A DNA stretch of 64,000 nucleotides, from NCBI RefSeq assembly GCF_001194135.2, contig NC_069004.1, positions 31,412,775-31,476,774 of the forward strand. The letters are read 5' to 3'. The notes beneath the pieces were generated by a model. That model saw nothing but the letters and a program-made list of their open reading frames with translations, searched no databases and was not told the DNA's origin. The DNA is from Octopus bimaculoides. Taxonomy: Eukaryota. Of this stretch, positions 63,392 to 64,000 are shown in pieces. Numbering within the stretch: the stretch's first letter is position 1; each line of letters opens with the position of its first letter. The position numbers and the translations under genes are program-made.

Positions 63392-64000
63392 TGTGTGTGT
63401 GTGTAAACTGTTCAGATATATATATATATATACATTGTTCAAATTTTCATATTCTCTGCTTAATGTTATCAGCCTGTTAGTATCTAAGAGAGCCTGTCCC
63501 AAAGCGATCATAATAACTGGCTTCTTCTATGTACGTATAAAATGTATTGTGCATACATGTGTGTGTGTGTGTGTGTGTCTCTGTTTAATTGAGCTGATTA
63601 TGAAACTTGTCATCCAGCAGCAAAATGTGAGGTTAATTGTTCTCCTACCCTAGTCACAGAGACCTTTATCTGGATAACAATGATAGAAATGATGGCTGTG
63701 ATGACAATGGTGGTGGTGATGACAATAACTATGGTGATATTGATGGCGGTGACAGTGGGTGTGATTATGGTGAAGGTAGTAATGATGGTGATGGTGGCAG
63801 TGACAGTCGTGATAATAGGGGGTGATGGTGGTGGCAGAGGTAGTTGTAACTGGTGGCGGTGGTGGTGGTGGATGTAACGGTGGTGGTGGTGGTGGTACTT
63901 GTAATGGTGATGATGATGATAACCATGGTGATATCGATGGCATTGGCAGTAATGGTGGTGGTGGTGGTGTCGATGACGGTGATAGTTATGATGATGGCGG

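Noticed and set aside
1-64000. CRISPR arrays, operons or other prokaryotic systems
   Set aside because: Eukaryotic intron-rich DNA; no repeat-spacer array with constant repeats and unique equal-length spacers.

Overview
Eukaryotic, AT-rich, microsatellite- and SINE-saturated DNA with about 13 N-gaps. The repeat families look like those of a coleoid cephalopod (Octopus); this is inference from recalled repeat sequences, not a database search. One protein-coding gene is recognisable: a minus-strand SCHIP1 (schwannomin-interacting protein 1) orthologue. I can chain eight exons (39453->1914) with GT-AG sites and consistent phases into an open frame of about 606 aa ending in TAG; its start codon is not securely identified. 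A phase-compatible alternative N-terminal exon lies at 22097-22294 in a SINE-free, CpG-retaining island inside the 31-kb intron. The remainder is intronic or intergenic: at least four SINE families, decayed mariner/Tc1 fragments, piggyBac- and hAT-type MITEs, a restriction-like-endonuclease LINE fragment, Penelope-type repeats with decayed hammerhead ribozyme cores, and several long fold-back structures. There are no prokaryotic features, CRISPR arrays, rRNA genes or real tRNA genes. Repeat coordinates are approximate (+/-10-20 bp); exon coordinates were counted by hand.
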